A DNA stretch of 64,000 bases from Octopus sinensis. Taxonomy: Eukaryota. Made by a program: the position numbers and the translations under genes. Shown here one piece after another: positions 63,037 through 64,000 of the stretch (position 1 is the first letter of the stretch; each line of letters starts with the position of its first letter). The stretch covers positions 14,508,001-14,572,000 of the forward strand of contig NC_043020.1 in assembly GCF_006345805.1 (NCBI RefSeq), given 5' to 3'. A model generated the notes under the pieces. That model had not been told where the DNA came from. It saw only the letters and a list, made by a program, of their open reading frames with translations, and made no database searches.

Positions 63037-64000
63037 GTTTTACTAAGTGAAATCATTGGAAAATTATTCTGATCATTCACTGAAGGCATTTTTATCATAG
63101 ATTGACAATCCTTTGCGCTGAGAAAAAGAAATCTTTTTTAACATATGAGCTTGTCAGCAAGTACTGCTGAAAGCCACATCAATGACTTAGTAAGCATTTC
63201 ATAGCAGAAAACAACTTCCACCTGTGAAAGGTCTTGAGAAAATTTTCTATTGCACTTAATGATAGCACAGGTGTTGAATAAAAAAAAAATATTATTTTGT
63301 ATTTTTATTGGAAGAACTGACAAAAACCATAAAGTTATTGAAGAAGTACAAGATTTACTACCAATGAAGGTAAGATGTGGTTAGCAGGCTAGAAATGTAC
63401 ATTAAACATGAAGGATAGGATTAATCAAAACTTGTGGCAGTGGCAATGTATTTTGAATGGGTGGGCCTGGTTGAACTCCTCTCAAAAATAAAATGAACAA
63501 CTTCACTGTGATTTGAAGCCAAATATAGATTTTATGTCACTGCAAAACATTGAATGGTATCAAAAAGACTTTACTATAAAGACAATAAAAACTATATTTA
63601 ACATTGGTTTGCAAATTTGGCTTTCAATAAAAATAGATTTGATTACATTATCCACTTTGCTGTAAAATATGACTGCTTCTAATTATAAGCCATTCCTTCT
63701 CCACATCACATCCTCATTCTTGGCCTGTCGGGCCTTTCCTTCAGCATGTAACAGCCTTTTTTCTTGGAGTTTGAAACCCCTTTACTTCTTTGGCTCAAGT
63801 GATACAAATTCAGACAGAGATGAATGGCTTGCCCAATATACCCTTGAGATGTTATTGCTCTACAAAGTAACCTTAAGCCAACTCAGTGGACCTTAATAGT
63901 TCTTAGCAGGAGAAATATCTAAGATTTATTAGGTAATTAACTAAACTATTAGTTCAGAGTTTTAACTGACTGAATCAGCCTGCAACTCAAAATTATTAAG

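Noticed and set aside
60401-63896. Short ORFs at 60401, 62079, 63138 and 63669 as exons of a downstream gene
   Set aside because: They show no recognisable protein similarity and no convincing splice-bounded frame.

Overview
This is AT-rich eukaryotic (animal) nuclear DNA. The SINE, RTE and Helitron repeat content resembles an Octopus/cephalopod genome; that attribution is my inference from remembered repeat families. Two spliced housekeeping genes can be rebuilt exon by exon with GT-AG junctions and continuous frame, and most of their exons are absent from the ORF track. (1) The 5' part of SUPT5H/SPT5 lies on the minus strand: ATG at 15590, 8 coding exons, 322 codons, and the gene runs off the left edge. 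(2) A complete 13-exon PSMD13/Rpn9 lies on the plus strand: ATG 31748 to TGA 58923, 378 aa. Most of the rest is repeats: tRNA-derived SINEs, RTE-tailed retroposons, CR1 and RTE LINE 3' ends, Helitrons, TTAA/hAT/mariner MITEs, a Merlin-like transposase fossil, and micro- and minisatellites. The most interesting part is the 23-31.5 kb interval between the divergent genes. It holds three unrelated inverted-repeat elements whose arms fold into type I hammerhead ribozymes of the Penelope-like kind (CUGANGA, helix II, GAAA, short helix III, UH), all pointing outward. It also holds a 1.2-kb higher-order satellite and a 1.9-kb foldback transposon with ~620-bp TIRs and a GAATT target duplication, ending 322 bp upstream of the PSMD13 ATG. 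No CRISPR array, rRNA, true tRNA or prokaryotic system was seen. All folding and alignments were done by eye, and repeat boundaries are approximate unless a TSD is cited.
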